A stretch of DNA of 64,000 nucleotides from Chrysomallon squamiferum (lineage: Eukaryota > Animalia > Mollusca): the NCBI GenBank assembly GCA_012295275.1, contig CM022675.1, forward strand, positions 10,478,001-10,542,000, read 5' to 3'. Shown here in pieces: positions 1 through 14,999 of the stretch. The position numbers were made by a program, and so were the translations under genes. How positions within the stretch are numbered: the first letter of the stretch is position 1; each line of letters starts with the position of its first letter. Below the pieces are notes generated by a model, which searched no databases, was not told the origin of the DNA, and saw nothing but the letters and a program-made list of their open reading frames with translations.

Positions 1-500
1 GTGTGTGCATGTGTGTGTGTGTGTGTATGTGAGTGTGTTTATTTATGTAATTTTTTAAAGTGTAATAATAAATAATTTTATCCCAGAATCAAGTTTATTC
101 AATACAAGCTAAAGTGAATTATTAATAACTACATTTCATAAATAATAAGAATTAAAAACCGATAAATCTACATTTTCATTATTTTTTATTAAATTCATTA
201 TAACAGAAAGTTGTTAAAAATGATACAAAATCATATTTGATTAAAAAGGACCTAATTTAACATTTTAGTTATCTGTAAATAAAACATCAACAATTATTTC
301 ACAAAAAAAAAAAAAAAAAAAAAATGAACATATATATTTCATGACAAATTCTTCTTCATAAGTAACTATGATTTTTTTAAATTTTTTATTAAAATGACAT
401 TTTGACCCATTTCATAGATTATTCAAATATTTATGATAAATTCTTTTTCATAAGTTCAAATACTAATTTTATAAAAACAGGTTTATATTATATTCTCTTT

Positions 501-537
<37 letters not shown>

Positions 538-548
<11 letters not shown>

Positions 549-558
549 TACATATAAA

Positions 559-613
<55 letters not shown>
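538..613. repeat. (CA)n microsatellite following (TA)n
   Basis: Direct reading. Confidence 0.95.
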
Positions 614-617
<4 letters not shown>

Positions 618-1254
618 GTTTTACCGGAGGACTTTTAAAGTAAATTTTGTTTTAAAAATTAGGGTCATGTTTTATTAAAACGTCAGAGTTTCGATAAAGA
701 AAAGAATTATTCGCCAGAGCTTTAATGACGCGAGTGATCGATTTCAAGTGGGCCCTCAGGTAACAGATTTCAAAGGTGTAATTAATTAGACCGCAGAAAA
801 ATTACTCACCTGGATTTCTCACGTGGGCTTAATCTTCTAAAGTGTTAATGTAATTAATATATTTACATTTATTTATGGGCCGAGCTCAGAGTATCCGAAT
901 AAATATTTAATTTTCTTTTTCGTTTGCTTTTTGGTGATAATGTTGTTGTTGTTGTTATCATTATTAATATTATTTTTATTATTATTATTATTATTGTTAC
1001 TGTTATTTTTATTATTATTTTTATTATTGTTTGTATTATTATTAATGTTATTATTATTGTAGATATTATTATTGTTTATTGTTGTTGTTGTTGTTGTTGT
1101 TGTTCTTTTTATTACATTGTTGTTGTTGTTGTTGTTGTCTTTGACTCTGACTGAAATGGAAAGAGAGAGAGAGTATCATGCACATGCGCACTGAGATATA
1201 TCGATAGATACAGATAAAGAGAATAACAATAATATAAATAATAACTACTTTAAA

Positions 1255-1299
<45 letters not shown>

Positions 1300-2162
1300 C
1301 AACAACAACAACAACAACAAGAAGAAGAAGAAGAAGAAGAAGAAAAAGAAGAAGAAAAATAATAATAAGAAAAAGAAGAAGAACAACAACAACCACAATA
1401 GCAACAAACCATTAAACCAAAAAAAAAAAAAAAATCAGCATTCCTTACTATACCCATTGCCTCTAACAACCTCTGAAAAATATTTCTCTTCTTAATATTA
1501 TTATTATTATTATTATCATTATTTTATTCCAACACGTCTTTCCTAATAATCCAGGCTTCAGAAAAGCAAAATGTAATATACCTGTGTCCCTTTAACTGTG
1601 ATAAATTTACCAGCTGGGTGATGCATGACACAAAACCGAACTTTGACGACCTCATGCAATAAATAAGGAACAGGGCCATTCATCAAACTAAGCTTGTGTT
1701 TCTTCAAATCATCTTATTGGTAATTGGTTGAAAGCTCTTGGGGCATAGGTTGACCATCAAGGGGATTTCGTATGGATGGTTTAATAGCGAAAGGATTTCT
1801 CAAAGCTGAAGTAGGTAGCCAACGAAAAGATTGTTCTTTTTGAGTTTTAAAGAGAATGGAAAGACGTTGATGTCAATGTGCTTTTAGTGGTGTTGTGAAG
1901 AATTTAAAAAACTGTATTTGTTTCGGAAACAAAAGAAGAAGAAAGAAAGAAAAAAAAAGGTCCTTTTTAATATTTCTGTGTATTTTGTGTTATTATTATT
2001 ATTATTATTATTATTATGATTATTATTATTATTGTTGTTGTTGTTGTTGTTATTATTATAATCATTTTTCTTACATATTAATGAAATATTGTTTTTGTAA
2101 TAGAAATAATAGCAGTAATAACAACAACAATAATAGTAGTAGTGCTAGTAATACTTATAAAA

Positions 2163-2198
<36 letters not shown>

Positions 2199-2648
2199 GT
2201 AGTAGTAGTAATAATAATAATAGTAGTAATAACAATAATACTATATCTGTTGTTGTTGTAATTATTATTATTATTATTATTATTGTAATACTTCTTCTTC
2301 TTCTTCTTCTTCTCATTAACATTATTATTATTATTATTATTAGTTGTTGTTCAAAGATATTTATGAAACTTAAATCTGTTCGTTTGTTGTCTGTGAGTTT
2401 GTCTTCAAGGAGGTTATTACGTACTGTGGATGATAGGACCCATCAGTAATGTTAATCGGAGGACTTTAATCATGTCAGGTGACCGTGTAAGCATGCGCAG
2501 TGAAGCGGAAACGTATGTTTCCCCGGAAACACTGACAAAACTGTCATGCTCACTGTCAAAATAATTCACAGTTCGCGTGGGAATTTTAGTTATTCATTTT
2601 AATTTCTTTGTTTCTTTCTTAGAAACTCCCAAGCGAGAGACTAATAGT

Positions 2649-2771
<123 letters not shown>

Positions 2772-3680
2772 ATAACTGAAGAAAGATTTAAAATGAAAGA
2801 ATAAAATGGAATAATACAAAACACACAGAATAAGGAATGTTTAAATATTGCATTAACAAAGTCAGGTAACTAAACCATTGGTGATACTTATTTTTCTCAA
2901 GGTTCACTTCCGAGAATCGATACCAAAAACTTACGTTTTTCTGAATGCAATGAGGTAATGACATAAATAAAGACAGGCACACAAACACAATAAGTAACGC
3001 CATTACTTATCAACATCTCACACTTTCGCTCACTCTTTAGAGACAATGACTTTCAAAACAAGTCAAGGTCAACGTTCACTGCTTAATATTATTACTAACT
3101 TTTATTACAATTTTTATTTTATTTTATTTTTTTAAGAAAGTTTTACTGTAAATTTTTGCCACCATTTGACAGACAATACGTTACCCAGGCAAATTATTCC
3201 ATTATCGTCTCCTAGGAGTGCGTCATCGAGCATTGCTGTCAACGTCATTTATATAAGCCCTACGTCATTTTGCCAAGTTTTTTTCTTTACGTTTTTTCCT
3301 CCCCTTTGGATACGAACCACATCGACATAAAGGATGGTGCTCCTTTTCTCCACGGGATTAAGACGATACCCAGACAGAAAAAAGATCAACTGGGGGTCGC
3401 TTCATTGTTTTACATTAAATACGCAGTATTTTCTAGTTAAATTTACTATTGTTATTAACTGGAGTTTAGCTTAAAATACAACAGGAAGAAACTCGACATA
3501 TCTGTTTTGTAAGAAAATAAAAACCCGGCGCCTGTTTTAGTTTTATCTGTTTAGAAAAATATATATATAATATATATATAGACATATTTATTGACATATA
3601 CATACAGAAAGAAGAAAAGAAAAAAAAACACAACATCAACACTAACATAGTTTAGTTACACATACTTATCTGTCTATGTC

Positions 3681-3760
3681 CGACCATTTGTTGGTCTGTC
3701 TCTCTTTCTTTGTCTCTATCCGACCATTTGTTGGTCTGTCTCTCTTTCTTTGTTTCTATC
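3681..3760. repeat. 2 x 40-bp tandem duplication
   Basis: CGACCATTTGTTGGTCTGTCTCTCTTTCTTTGTYTCTATC twice. Confidence 0.9.
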
Positions 3761-4183
3761 CATCTATATCTTTCTGTCTGCCTCTCTCTGTTTGTCTGTG
3801 TCTGTCTGTCTGTCTGTTTATCTATCAGTCTGTTTGTCTGTCTCGCTCTTTCTCTCTTTTTTGTCTAATTGTCACTCTGTCCGTCCGTCTGTAAGTTTGT
3901 CTGTCTGTCTGTGTATCATTCACCTGTCTAATTGTCATCTATCGTCCATCCATCCTTCCATCCTTCCATCCATCCATCTGTTTATCTATCCATCTGATAT
4001 ATCTATCTCCTTGTCTGTGTGATCTCGTAATGTTGCTAACAGCCCATTTACAAAGCTCTGTCTGCTAATAATGTTATTTTTAGTTAATATATATCTGAAA
4101 AAATATCTAATTGTTAATGTTCTAATAATAATAATATTTTCCACCCACACAGAAAAGACTAAAGTAAATTATACAGTTGATAG

Positions 4184-4283
<100 letters not shown>

Positions 4284-4403
4284 ACTACTAATAATGTGTT
4301 AATTAATTTTTCGTTTTAACTTATTTATTTATTCATTTCTGTATTAGTCATTTATATATTTAATATTTATTTACATATTTATTATTTATGTATGTGCATA
4401 TGC

Positions 4404-4457
<54 letters not shown>

Positions 4458-6813
4458 GTATGTATATATGTATGTTTGCATAGATGTACGGAAGTCTTTA
4501 ATTATTTATATTTATTATGTATGTATGTATGTATGAGTGTATGTATGTATGTAAATATGTATATATGTATTTATTCACTTTCTGTCTCTGAACGTTGTAG
4601 TAGTCGACACTGACACAGACTGTGCGTTGTTTTCTCAGAGGGCAAATATACGCCCTGTTGTCAGAAACTTGGGTCTTTTAGTGTAAGTTACCTTTCAGAT
4701 CCCTGACTTGTGAATAATAATATTAAAAACAAATCATGCCTGATAACATCTTACCAACACCCAGAAATGCTATGCAACAAACAGCAATATATATAAACTC
4801 GTGTATGTGTGTGTGTGTGTGTGTGTGTTTGTGTGTGTTTGTGTGTTTGTGTTTGTGTGTGTGTGTGTGTACACGCACGCAGAAACGGACTCAATAACAT
4901 AAATACACATAGAAATGGATACAAAAACAAACAAAAATATCTGTAGATTAAATGTCACAACAAAATTAAGTAAAAAAAAACCCAGTAACAACAAACAACC
5001 CTTTAAAATACAATAATCGGAATAAAAGAAAAACCTAAATAATAGAAATAATAAGAAAAAAAACCCCGTCCCCTGAATAATTAAAATTAAAAAAAAAAAA
5101 AAAAAAAAAACAAAAACAACAAAAACATGAAAGCAATCTAACCAATAACTCACCCAGAAAACATCCAACAGCAGTGTCTCCCTTCCCCCGTCACCCGTCC
5201 CCGTCACAAAATAATCCGAACACATTCACATCTCTTCGATTTGATGGGAGCCCACTTAAGAACACTACAAATAAAATATAAATAAATTAGTAAATAAGTA
5301 AAAAAGTTTTAAAAAACCCCAAAACATTGATAAATAAGTAAATAAGCAAGCAACCAAATAAGTAAGTAAGTAAGTAACTAAATAAATAATAAATAAATAA
5401 ATAAAGTAAATAACGAAGTATTAACCAAATTAACTAAATAAATAAATAAAAAAACAAGTTCTGCTTATTTCTTAATACACAATGTATCTTAAATCTGATA
5501 GTAAAAAAAATTTAAAAACTTGAAAACACCCGAGTTAGAACTGTCACGCACGAATTGCTTTGAAATTAATAACCGCTTGAAGAAAAAAAAATGGAGAGTG
5601 TCGTCACGCTGAACCGTAGCATTCAGGAGAGATTCACCGAACCGTGACAAATAAAAACAAACAACTGGCACCGCTGTCACAATTACGAGATTTCTAAAAC
5701 TCAACTCTTGGACCTTTCGAAGAATCTCGGATTAAATTAATCGCAAGGAGATAAACGACTGCGCTGACTCTTTCTCTTCTTTTCCCTGCACCGACAGAAG
5801 ACAGAGAGAAGAAAGAAGATTGTTGATCGGTTGCTAGGGACGACGCTATCGCAATTTACGAAAGTCACTGACATTTACGTTTCGTCTTAAAGCATGGAAT
5901 TATGGTGCCTCGCCGTTTGTCCTTTTTCAGACTCGCCCGAACGGCGTAAATGACCAGTGACATCTTGAAACAGACACCCATTAGAAAAATTGACCTCCCG
6001 ATTCTAATTCCGAACAGCTGATAATATTAACGTGTTTAAAATCGATTTAGATGCAATTAGCGCCCAAAACTCGCCAATTTTGCCCGTCGGAATCCATTTT
6101 CTTGAACATTTTTCTTGTATTTAATTTTTTTTTTTTTTTTTTTTTTTTTCTTTCTTTGGAAAAGGGGGTCATTATCTGTATCACAGCTGATAAAAGATTT
6201 ATGAAATTAACCAGATTTTCTGAGTCTCAGACTGATTGTGGATATGGCGGTCAACGTTAGCGAAGGACAGAAAGAATTGAGCTTGTTTTGTTTTTGTTTT
6301 TGTTTTTATCAGGCGCGTGCGTGTTGCAGAGACGTACTTGTGATTCGAAGATGAAGAAGTAAACAATGTGAGGTGACAAAAATAATTTTAGAAATAAATA
6401 CATGAAGAATTTACATTTTTTAATATAGAAAAATAATTTTTTAAAAAGGGATGATAACATAATAAAAATAATTAAACAACAACAACAACGATAATAATAA
6501 TATAATAATGATAATGAAACAGAACCTCAGCCAAAAAAAAAAATAAAAAATTACCACATATATAAATAAAAATACGCAAAACAAAAGAAAACAAAAGACA
6601 AAGAAAACAAAAAAAGAAACAAAATAAATCAAATCCAAAAAAAACCCCTTACTATCTATTAATTACACAAACTACTAAAACTGCACTTTGTTATTCCAGT
6701 ACAATAACGTTTACTAATTCACAGAACCAGCAAAATACTAACCAACTACTATTATAGTTTCAGTAACGTATTAACAATATATAAATTAATAAAAACTAAT
6801 TATATTGAGTTCT

Positions 6814-6930
6814 AACTTACTATTATCATAATTTACTAACATTCTAACACAACAGTTTACTACCGATCTCTATAGTGTTGTACTAACTTACTAATATCAT
6901 AACTTACTAACTTTCTAACACAACAATTTA
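6814..6930. repeat. Degenerate ~71-bp-period direct repeat
   Basis: AACTTACTAWTATCATAAYTTACTAACWTTCTAACACAACARTTTA at about 6814 and 6885. Confidence 0.7.
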
Positions 6931-7270
6931 ACGTTTTGAAATCTGTGTTAAACTAAAAGAAGATAAACTGAGTCAAAAAACGAAAGCTTTCAGTGCAAAA
7001 CTATTTATTTATGTTTCTTATGACACTGACGTTTTTATTATATTGCCGAGACTTATTTTATTTTCCGAAGTGACACAAATGTCCATAAAGATAACTATAT
7101 TCCGTGTTAGCTGTCTTATTTGTGGCCGTGTTTGCATAGTCAAACAAAATTTGCATAATTAAAACAAACAGGTCTTAGGTGGACTGAACCTACGAGCGTG
7201 CGTCATCGCTTGTTAGCAGAAAGAGTGAAATGTTCTAAACTTAATTTTGTCAGACGATGTCTTATAATAC

Positions 7271-7354
<84 letters not shown>

Positions 7355-7594
7355 TTTGTAACTGTAATACGTTTTTTCTTTTCAGAGATAAAATAACATT
7401 ATTATAATACCCGCAACAGGACAAACTGTAATCAAAAAGTAAAAAGTGGTAGAAACAGAAATAATAATAATAATAATAATGATAATAATAATAATAATAA
7501 ATGAAATATAAATACTAAAAATAATAAAATAATGCCGTTAAAAAATAAACCAAATGAATGAAATAAATTTAAAAGAGAAACAACAACAACAGAA

Positions 7595-7636
<42 letters not shown>

Positions 7637-8355
7637 AAACAAATTTTAAAATGAAGAAATAGAATCAATGAAATAATAAAATAAAATAAAAAAACGAAAT
7701 AAAATAATATGTTTTAATAAACAAACTAATAAATACAGAACAGAAACAAAGAAATAAAGAAAACGTAAAATAAGGAAAAATAAATGAAAGATTTAAAAAA
7801 AAAAAAATGAAATAAAATAAAACAAAATAAATAAAATAAAATAAAATAAATAAACAAACAAAACAAATAAAATTGAAAAAACATTAAAAAAATAAAAATA
7901 AAAAATAAAAAAATAAAACACAAACACCTCCCCACCAAGCTAAAACAAAACAAAACAACACACACAAAAAAATAAAAACAAAAAAAAAAACAATTATAAA
8001 CACAAATAAAATTTAAAACAACAAAAACAAAACAAACAAACAAACGAACGAACACACACACACACACACAAATACCCAGTCACAAAAGAAGTGAATTAAA
8101 AAGGAAAACAAAAGGAAAAAGGATAAAAACCAGGTTTCCCACGTTACTCATTCGGAAGACAAAATGATGGAGAGTGCGACTGAGAGACACTGACAACACG
8201 CACGACAACAAAAAGAACTAACGTCAGCATCAATTGAAAAAGTCATTGAGAAACACGTCTGTGCGTCCTGACACTCTCTGACAACTCTCCACCAACTGGT
8301 TATTGTTCTTTTTCTCTTTCGTTTTAATTATATGTATTATAAGATGAAAAAACAA

Positions 8356-8402
<47 letters not shown>

Positions 8403-8541
8403 ATATATATATTTAATGTTTTATGAAAGTTTGCTCTCATCTTATTGAATTTCTGAAACTGTTGTCATCATTATTGTTGAAGTTGTTATTGTTGTTGTTG
8501 TTATTTCTATTATTATTACCATTATATTATTATTATCATCA

Positions 8542-8597
<56 letters not shown>

Positions 8598-9181
8598 TTA
8601 ATTATTATTTATTATTATTATTATTATTGGTGTTTAATGTTATTACTATTATTGTTATTGTTGGTGTTATTATTACTGTTGTTATAAAAATGTATGTTCT
8701 AAGATGTTTATTTTATGCGATGAAACCAATGATGGAAACCATTATATTTCCTTTTCTTTTACTCTTTATAATAATAATAATAATAATAATAACAACAACA
8801 ACAACAACAACGGCAACAATAACAACAAAAATAATAACAACAGTAACAAAAACAACAACAAGAATAATAATAATAATAATAAAAGATGTAGCTAAAGATA
8901 AAAATTATTATTCTAAACTGGATAACATATATTAATGTGTGTATTAAACTCATGCTAGGGAAAAATACTCCATCATCTATTTAAATGTAACATATTGTTT
9001 TTGTTTTTTTAAATCCGTGAATAGATTTTTGTTCAACCCTTTCATTATTGCACGTTTGATTGTCCGTTATTTTTTGCTCGGTTGTCGTTATTAATTTTTG
9101 TGTTCTTGTTGTTGTTGTAGTTGCTGCTCTTGATGATTTTTCTGTCATGATCATTATCATCATCACTACAACATTGTAATG

Positions 9182-9234
<53 letters not shown>

Positions 9235-9425
9235 CATTATTATTATTATTATCCACATCATCACGATCATTATTATTGCTGTTAGTATTATGATTGTTAT
9301 TACTGATGTTGTTGTTGTTGTTATTATTATTATTAATATAATATAATAATTATCATCATGATTATTATCATCATTATTATCATCATCATCATCACCATCA
9401 TCATATCATCATCATCATCATCATG

Positions 9426-9488
<63 letters not shown>

Positions 9489-10179
9489 TTATAATCAAAT
9501 TTCGCTGATATCAGAACGACATTAACGTCAGTAACCGTTATCTGATTGTGTTTTATTTTACCTGTCTGTTGTTTTTGCACAACAGCTGTGTACTGATTAA
9601 CCCGGGGAATCCATTTCTCTGGGCTCGAAGCCCAGCACGGGGCACCATTGTGTTTTACAGACAGCAGACAGTTCACGCGACTCACAACTAAATTAAATTT
9701 TCACAGATGTTAATGAGTGGAAAAAGAATGTTTTTAACACTGACTGTCGTACTCTGATAACAAGTTATATAAATTAAAAAAAAGTATGTATTTATAATTA
9801 TTTTTGAGTGCATTTGTGTCTGAGTATGTTTAAATATATGTTTTTGTGTCTGTTTGTTTGTATATATCTAAGTATGCATGCGTGCATGTATTTCTGAGTA
9901 TGTATATTAAATAAATATATGTATGTTTATGTAAATGTATATATATATAAATGTATATGAATATGTATGTATGAACATCTATCTGTGTATTTGGGTGCGT
10001 GTGCGTAATGTATGCACATGTATGTATTTTTGTGTCTATGTATATCTATCTGTCTATCTAACATTTAGTACAGGTTTACGAATGAATTTTGCTTTAAAAA
10101 TACTTAATGAGAAGTGGCACTATTTTAATATTTCAATATATATACATATATTTTTGATAACATTAAATATTTTTAAATT

Positions 10180-10214
<35 letters not shown>

Positions 10215-11133
10215 GTCCTGTAATGAACGGACATAAGAAAGGAGGCACGAACGGACAGAAGAACGGAGACACAAACATACGGACATATGCATGGAATCAA
10301 AAAAAAAAACCACACACCTGAAAACCGCAACATTAACATCTGTATGGTTCGTTATTTTCAGATTGCGTGTTACAAGGTACATTTTTGTTCCATTTTTTTT
10401 TTTTTTTTTTTTTGTAGACTGGTACTTCACCTCGTGTGATATAAGAGCGTAACACGTTCCGCAAACATTATAGTCTCAACTTCCTGACTTCACTTCAAAA
10501 GATCGCCGCTAATCAACAACGACATCAAAGTGCTTTCACGTGCTTGGGGAGTCGACGTAGGCTGCCTGACTAAGCACTCTGCTTATCAGTCCAACACTTT
10601 TCACGTTCTTCTTGCTCTGTGATAGCTCAAGATGTGATCATTATGACGACGATGGTGGTGGTGATGACGATGCAACTAATAACAACAACGATGACAACAA
10701 CAACAACATCATCATGATAAATGTATTAATGATGACGATCTGCGATAAATTAGGAAGAAAACAACAACAACAACAACAAACACCAGCAACGGCAGCAGCA
10801 GCAATAATAATAAAAAAAAAAAAAAATAATAATAATTGCCATATTTTTAACACTAATAAATAAATAAATAAAACATGATTACTTACATTAAAATGTGTTT
10901 TTTTTTTACCAAAAAGAGTAACGTTCTTCCAAACTTCTCTTTTCAGTTTTACGATCTTGTTAAAAATAATAATTATTAAACCGCATTTAAATATGGGAAA
11001 GCAAGAAATAATCTAGGTAACTGTAAACGTCATAACAATTAAATGACGTCATAATCGGATAGCTCTATTTGTATCATATAAATATTTATTGACTGATGCA
11101 TGATAGTATATGTAAAGAAGGTAAGAGAATATC

Positions 11134-11182
<49 letters not shown>

Positions 11183-11639
11183 GTAAAAGTAAAAATTAAA
11201 AATAAAAATAAGAATAAAGTATAATAAAAATAAACAATAAATATAAAGAAAAATAAAGTATTGTAAATTGTAAAGTGAAGTAAAGTAAATTAAATAAAAA
11301 TAATATAATACAATGTTATGTAAAGGAAAATAATGTAATGTAAAATAATGTAATGTAATGTTATGTAAAGTGGTAAAGTAATGAAAATTAATGTAAAGTA
11401 AAATAAAGTAATGTAATATGACGTAAATAAAATAAATTAAAGTTAAGTAAATTAAAGTAATATAAAGTTAGATAAGATTGGACAAGATGACATGAGGTAA
11501 GATAAAATAAAATAAAATAAAATAAAATAAAATAAAGTCACATAAATCAATTATTCAGACTAACCTTAAGAAATAAACAACAAAACATTGCGATTACCCG
11601 AAAGTAGTTTTATTATATTGCAAGTAGATCGTACCATGT

Positions 11640-11830
11640 CATAACAATAAATCATAAATTAAATATACATGAATGATTGGCATAAATAAATTAAGTCACG
11701 TGACTTTGAGCATAATGTATAATCGACTAGGAAACTGAACACAAACCAATCATGTGACCCGCATCACTTTCACGTAAGTGATGACGTCACTTCCATTCAT
11801 CCAATAAGCGTGCAGAATATATAAATAAAA
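11640..11830 (+). promoter_or_regulatory. Promoter-like motif cluster 4.4 kb downstream of the Hox1 stop
   Basis: Three CCAAT/ATTGG boxes, the 14-bp palindrome AAGTCACGTGACTT, a full CRE and TATATAAA. Confidence 0.4.
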
Positions 11831-12358
11831 AAAAAAAAAAAAAAGAATGAAGATAAATAAGTTATTGTTATGTACATAAATGTTTACGTATATGTCGACT
11901 TTTCAACCGGAATCTTCATAATAAAAATGTCAGTTTCATAATTTTATGGAATTAGGCTAATTATAAATTAATTTATTCAGTTAATTATCATATGTTTTAA
12001 TGAAAACCGTAATGTTTAAAAACATTAGTATTATTTTATTGTTGTTATATTATTATTACTAAAATTATAATTATAATTATAATAATAATAATAATAATAA
12101 TTATTATTATTATTACTATTATTATTGTTGTTATTATTATTATTATTATTTACATAATACTTATTAATGCTACTCAAAACGGTGTCGATAACAATGAAAA
12201 ATGTTTAAATGAAAAAGCTTTTAACATTTTTTCTAGCATTAATAAAAAAAATATATATATAAATACAATTTTATATAATTTTGTTGTTTTTAATATGTTG
12301 ATTTTAATTTGCATTAGGGATAAATAATTATGAATTTTAATAAGGCGAGTAAAATTTC

Positions 12359-12359
<1 letters not shown>

Positions 12360-12412
<53 letters not shown>

Positions 12413-12468
12413 GCAATAATAATAATAATAATAATAATGACAATAATAATAAAAATAATAATAATGAC

Positions 12469-12509
<41 letters not shown>

Positions 12510-12510
12510 C

Positions 12511-12562
<52 letters not shown>
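12360..12562. repeat. (AAT)n microsatellite, representative of dozens of AAT/ATT tracts
   Basis: Direct reading. Others include 56646-56930, 57415-57640, 61913-62100 and 63690-63770. Confidence 0.97.
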
Positions 12563-13115
12563 TAATATTATTATTATTATTATTGTTGTTGTTGTTGTTG
12601 TTGTTGTTATTATTATTAAAAGAATTTAAAATTAATACGTCTCAAACGATACAGTTCCTGAAGGTAATCACCCTATTTATTTTGTACCATGATCAAGATC
12701 TATATCACAATGCACAACAAAAATGAGCAGTAACAGAGAGAGGTGAGTAAATAATTACAATATATGTACTAAACAAATACAAGAAACAACGTAAACAAGA
12801 ACTATACTACAGACATGAAATATACAACTTATTCTATGACGGAATGATATAGACTAATTTTTGTTTTATATTTTTTTATTGATTTTTTTAATAAATTTTT
12901 TTATTCTAAGACATTTTCTTTTAAATTTCTGATGTAGTTTTCCTTGCATATTTCTTTTAGATAATTTAATATTTGTTTTGAAAAATAATTTTCGAAACAT
13001 ATTTATTTATATGGTGTTGTTTCCTTTTGTTTGTTTTTTTAAAAAATATTTTAATATTTAATTTGGTAAATATTATCTTTTGTATTTGCTGTTTGTAACA
13101 TTCACCCGTAGATAC

Positions 13116-13182
<67 letters not shown>

Positions 13183-13280
13183 GTAATAACAATAATAAAA
13201 ATAAAGAATTAACAATTGTAATATTTACAAAAAAAGTTAATCATAATAACAGTAGAAATAATAAATAATAAGTAAGTAAG

Positions 13281-13319
<39 letters not shown>

Positions 13320-13889
13320 ACAGATATATAAAAATTAAGAAAATTAAGAAACAATATATTTATGAATAGAAAGCCGAATTTAATTTTTTTTTTAAATAAA
13401 TAAAATAAAATGAAATAAAATAAACAAATTGAAAGAAACAGAAAAGAAAACGTTTACAATTTAATTAGTTTAAAATGTACCTACTGCTTTGTCATAATCG
13501 TATAAACGATTATAAATGCCAATAAGTTTTTTTTTTCATTTACATAGTAGTTTGAAAAATAATTATTTATTTTGAAATGATTTACATTTTAAACAGAGTA
13601 ATATATATTAGTTTCGAATTTTAATTAAAAATTAAATATTACTTACATTTAATCTAACTATTAATTTAATTTAATTTATCTAAGAAATAAATTTGTTCCT
13701 CTAAGATAAATATAAGGATAAAAAGTTTTATTTTAAAATAATTATTAAAAGTGTTATTCCATATATTTAATCAATTTAATATTCTTGCTTTTATATATAT
13801 ATATATCTAACCCTGAATACATTCCATTGTAACAATAGAACACCACCCTCTATTTCTCAAATGAAAGGAAAGAAGAAAAAGAACTAATA

Positions 13890-13935
<46 letters not shown>

Positions 13936-14999
13936 TAATAATAATAAAATTAATAATGAAAAGAATTTAAAAAATAAGGATAAAAAATAAATAAAAAATA
14001 AAGTAAAAATGAAAATAAAATGAAAATAAAACAACATAACATAAAAATAAATAATATATATCCATGGAATGTTGTTGTTTTTTGTATTTTTTTTATGCTA
14101 ATAGTTACTATAAATGTTGAAAATACGTGCACAAACATTACAGTTAATATAAAAACATGATATAAAATGAATAAGAAACTACATGAAGTAAAATAAGAAA
14201 AATAAACAATCAAAATGCATTTTCAATATATATATATATATATATTATTCTTTGAATCTTCTTTTTGTAATTTAAGTTATTCATTTTGATTATTATTTAT
14301 TATTATACAGAGTTAGAATGAAATGTTCAAATTCTACAAATAAAGAAAATCACAAAATTTCGCGCCAAATTATATCATATAAATTGGCGCCAATGATTTA
14401 GCGCCAAAAAATTATTGTAACTTAATACTATGTGACTACAGTTCTTTTCCACATTTTCCTGTTATTTAGATTTTATAATTTAGATTTTTCAGACATGACT
14501 GGACATAATACAATGACGTATTTATGACGTAATATCAGTATGACGTAATCAGATGATACGTATTAAGATAAGCACCGAAAGAGCGAAAATAAAATACTTT
14601 GGCACCTAATTACCTCTGTGAAATTTAACTCGCTGTGTTAGTAATGATCAGAACCAGTCAGAATAATCCTAGTCCACTTTTCTTTTTTTTTCTTTTTTTA
14701 ATTACTAGACCTGCTACTAAAACTAGACTAGTCGCAGTCGACTCAGAACTTCGAGGTCAAATCTAAATCTGTGGTCCCTAGCAAAAAAATATATGAAGCT
14801 CCTCCCTTGATAAGATTTTATCAGGATGTTCTGAAGATCGTAGGAGGCGAGAATTCACTTCGTATGGTCGCGGTTATGTTGATTCTATTTATTTTTTTTA
14901 TGAAGTTTTAAATTTTCTTTTTTCAGTAATTATGAAGTGTACAGACTTATAGAGACCCATTTATTCTAATATACGTATTACGAAATTTCAGTGAAAACA

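Noticed and set aside
3063-3078. Possible 3' retinoic acid response element (TCAAGGTCAACGTTCA)
   Set aside because: Only an imperfect DR1 or monomeric NR5A/ERR-type site. No canonical DR2/DR5 found by eye anywhere in the window.
7170-7210. B-box-like GGTTCAGTCC (minus) suggesting a SINE
   Set aside because: No upstream A-box or SINE body is discernible.
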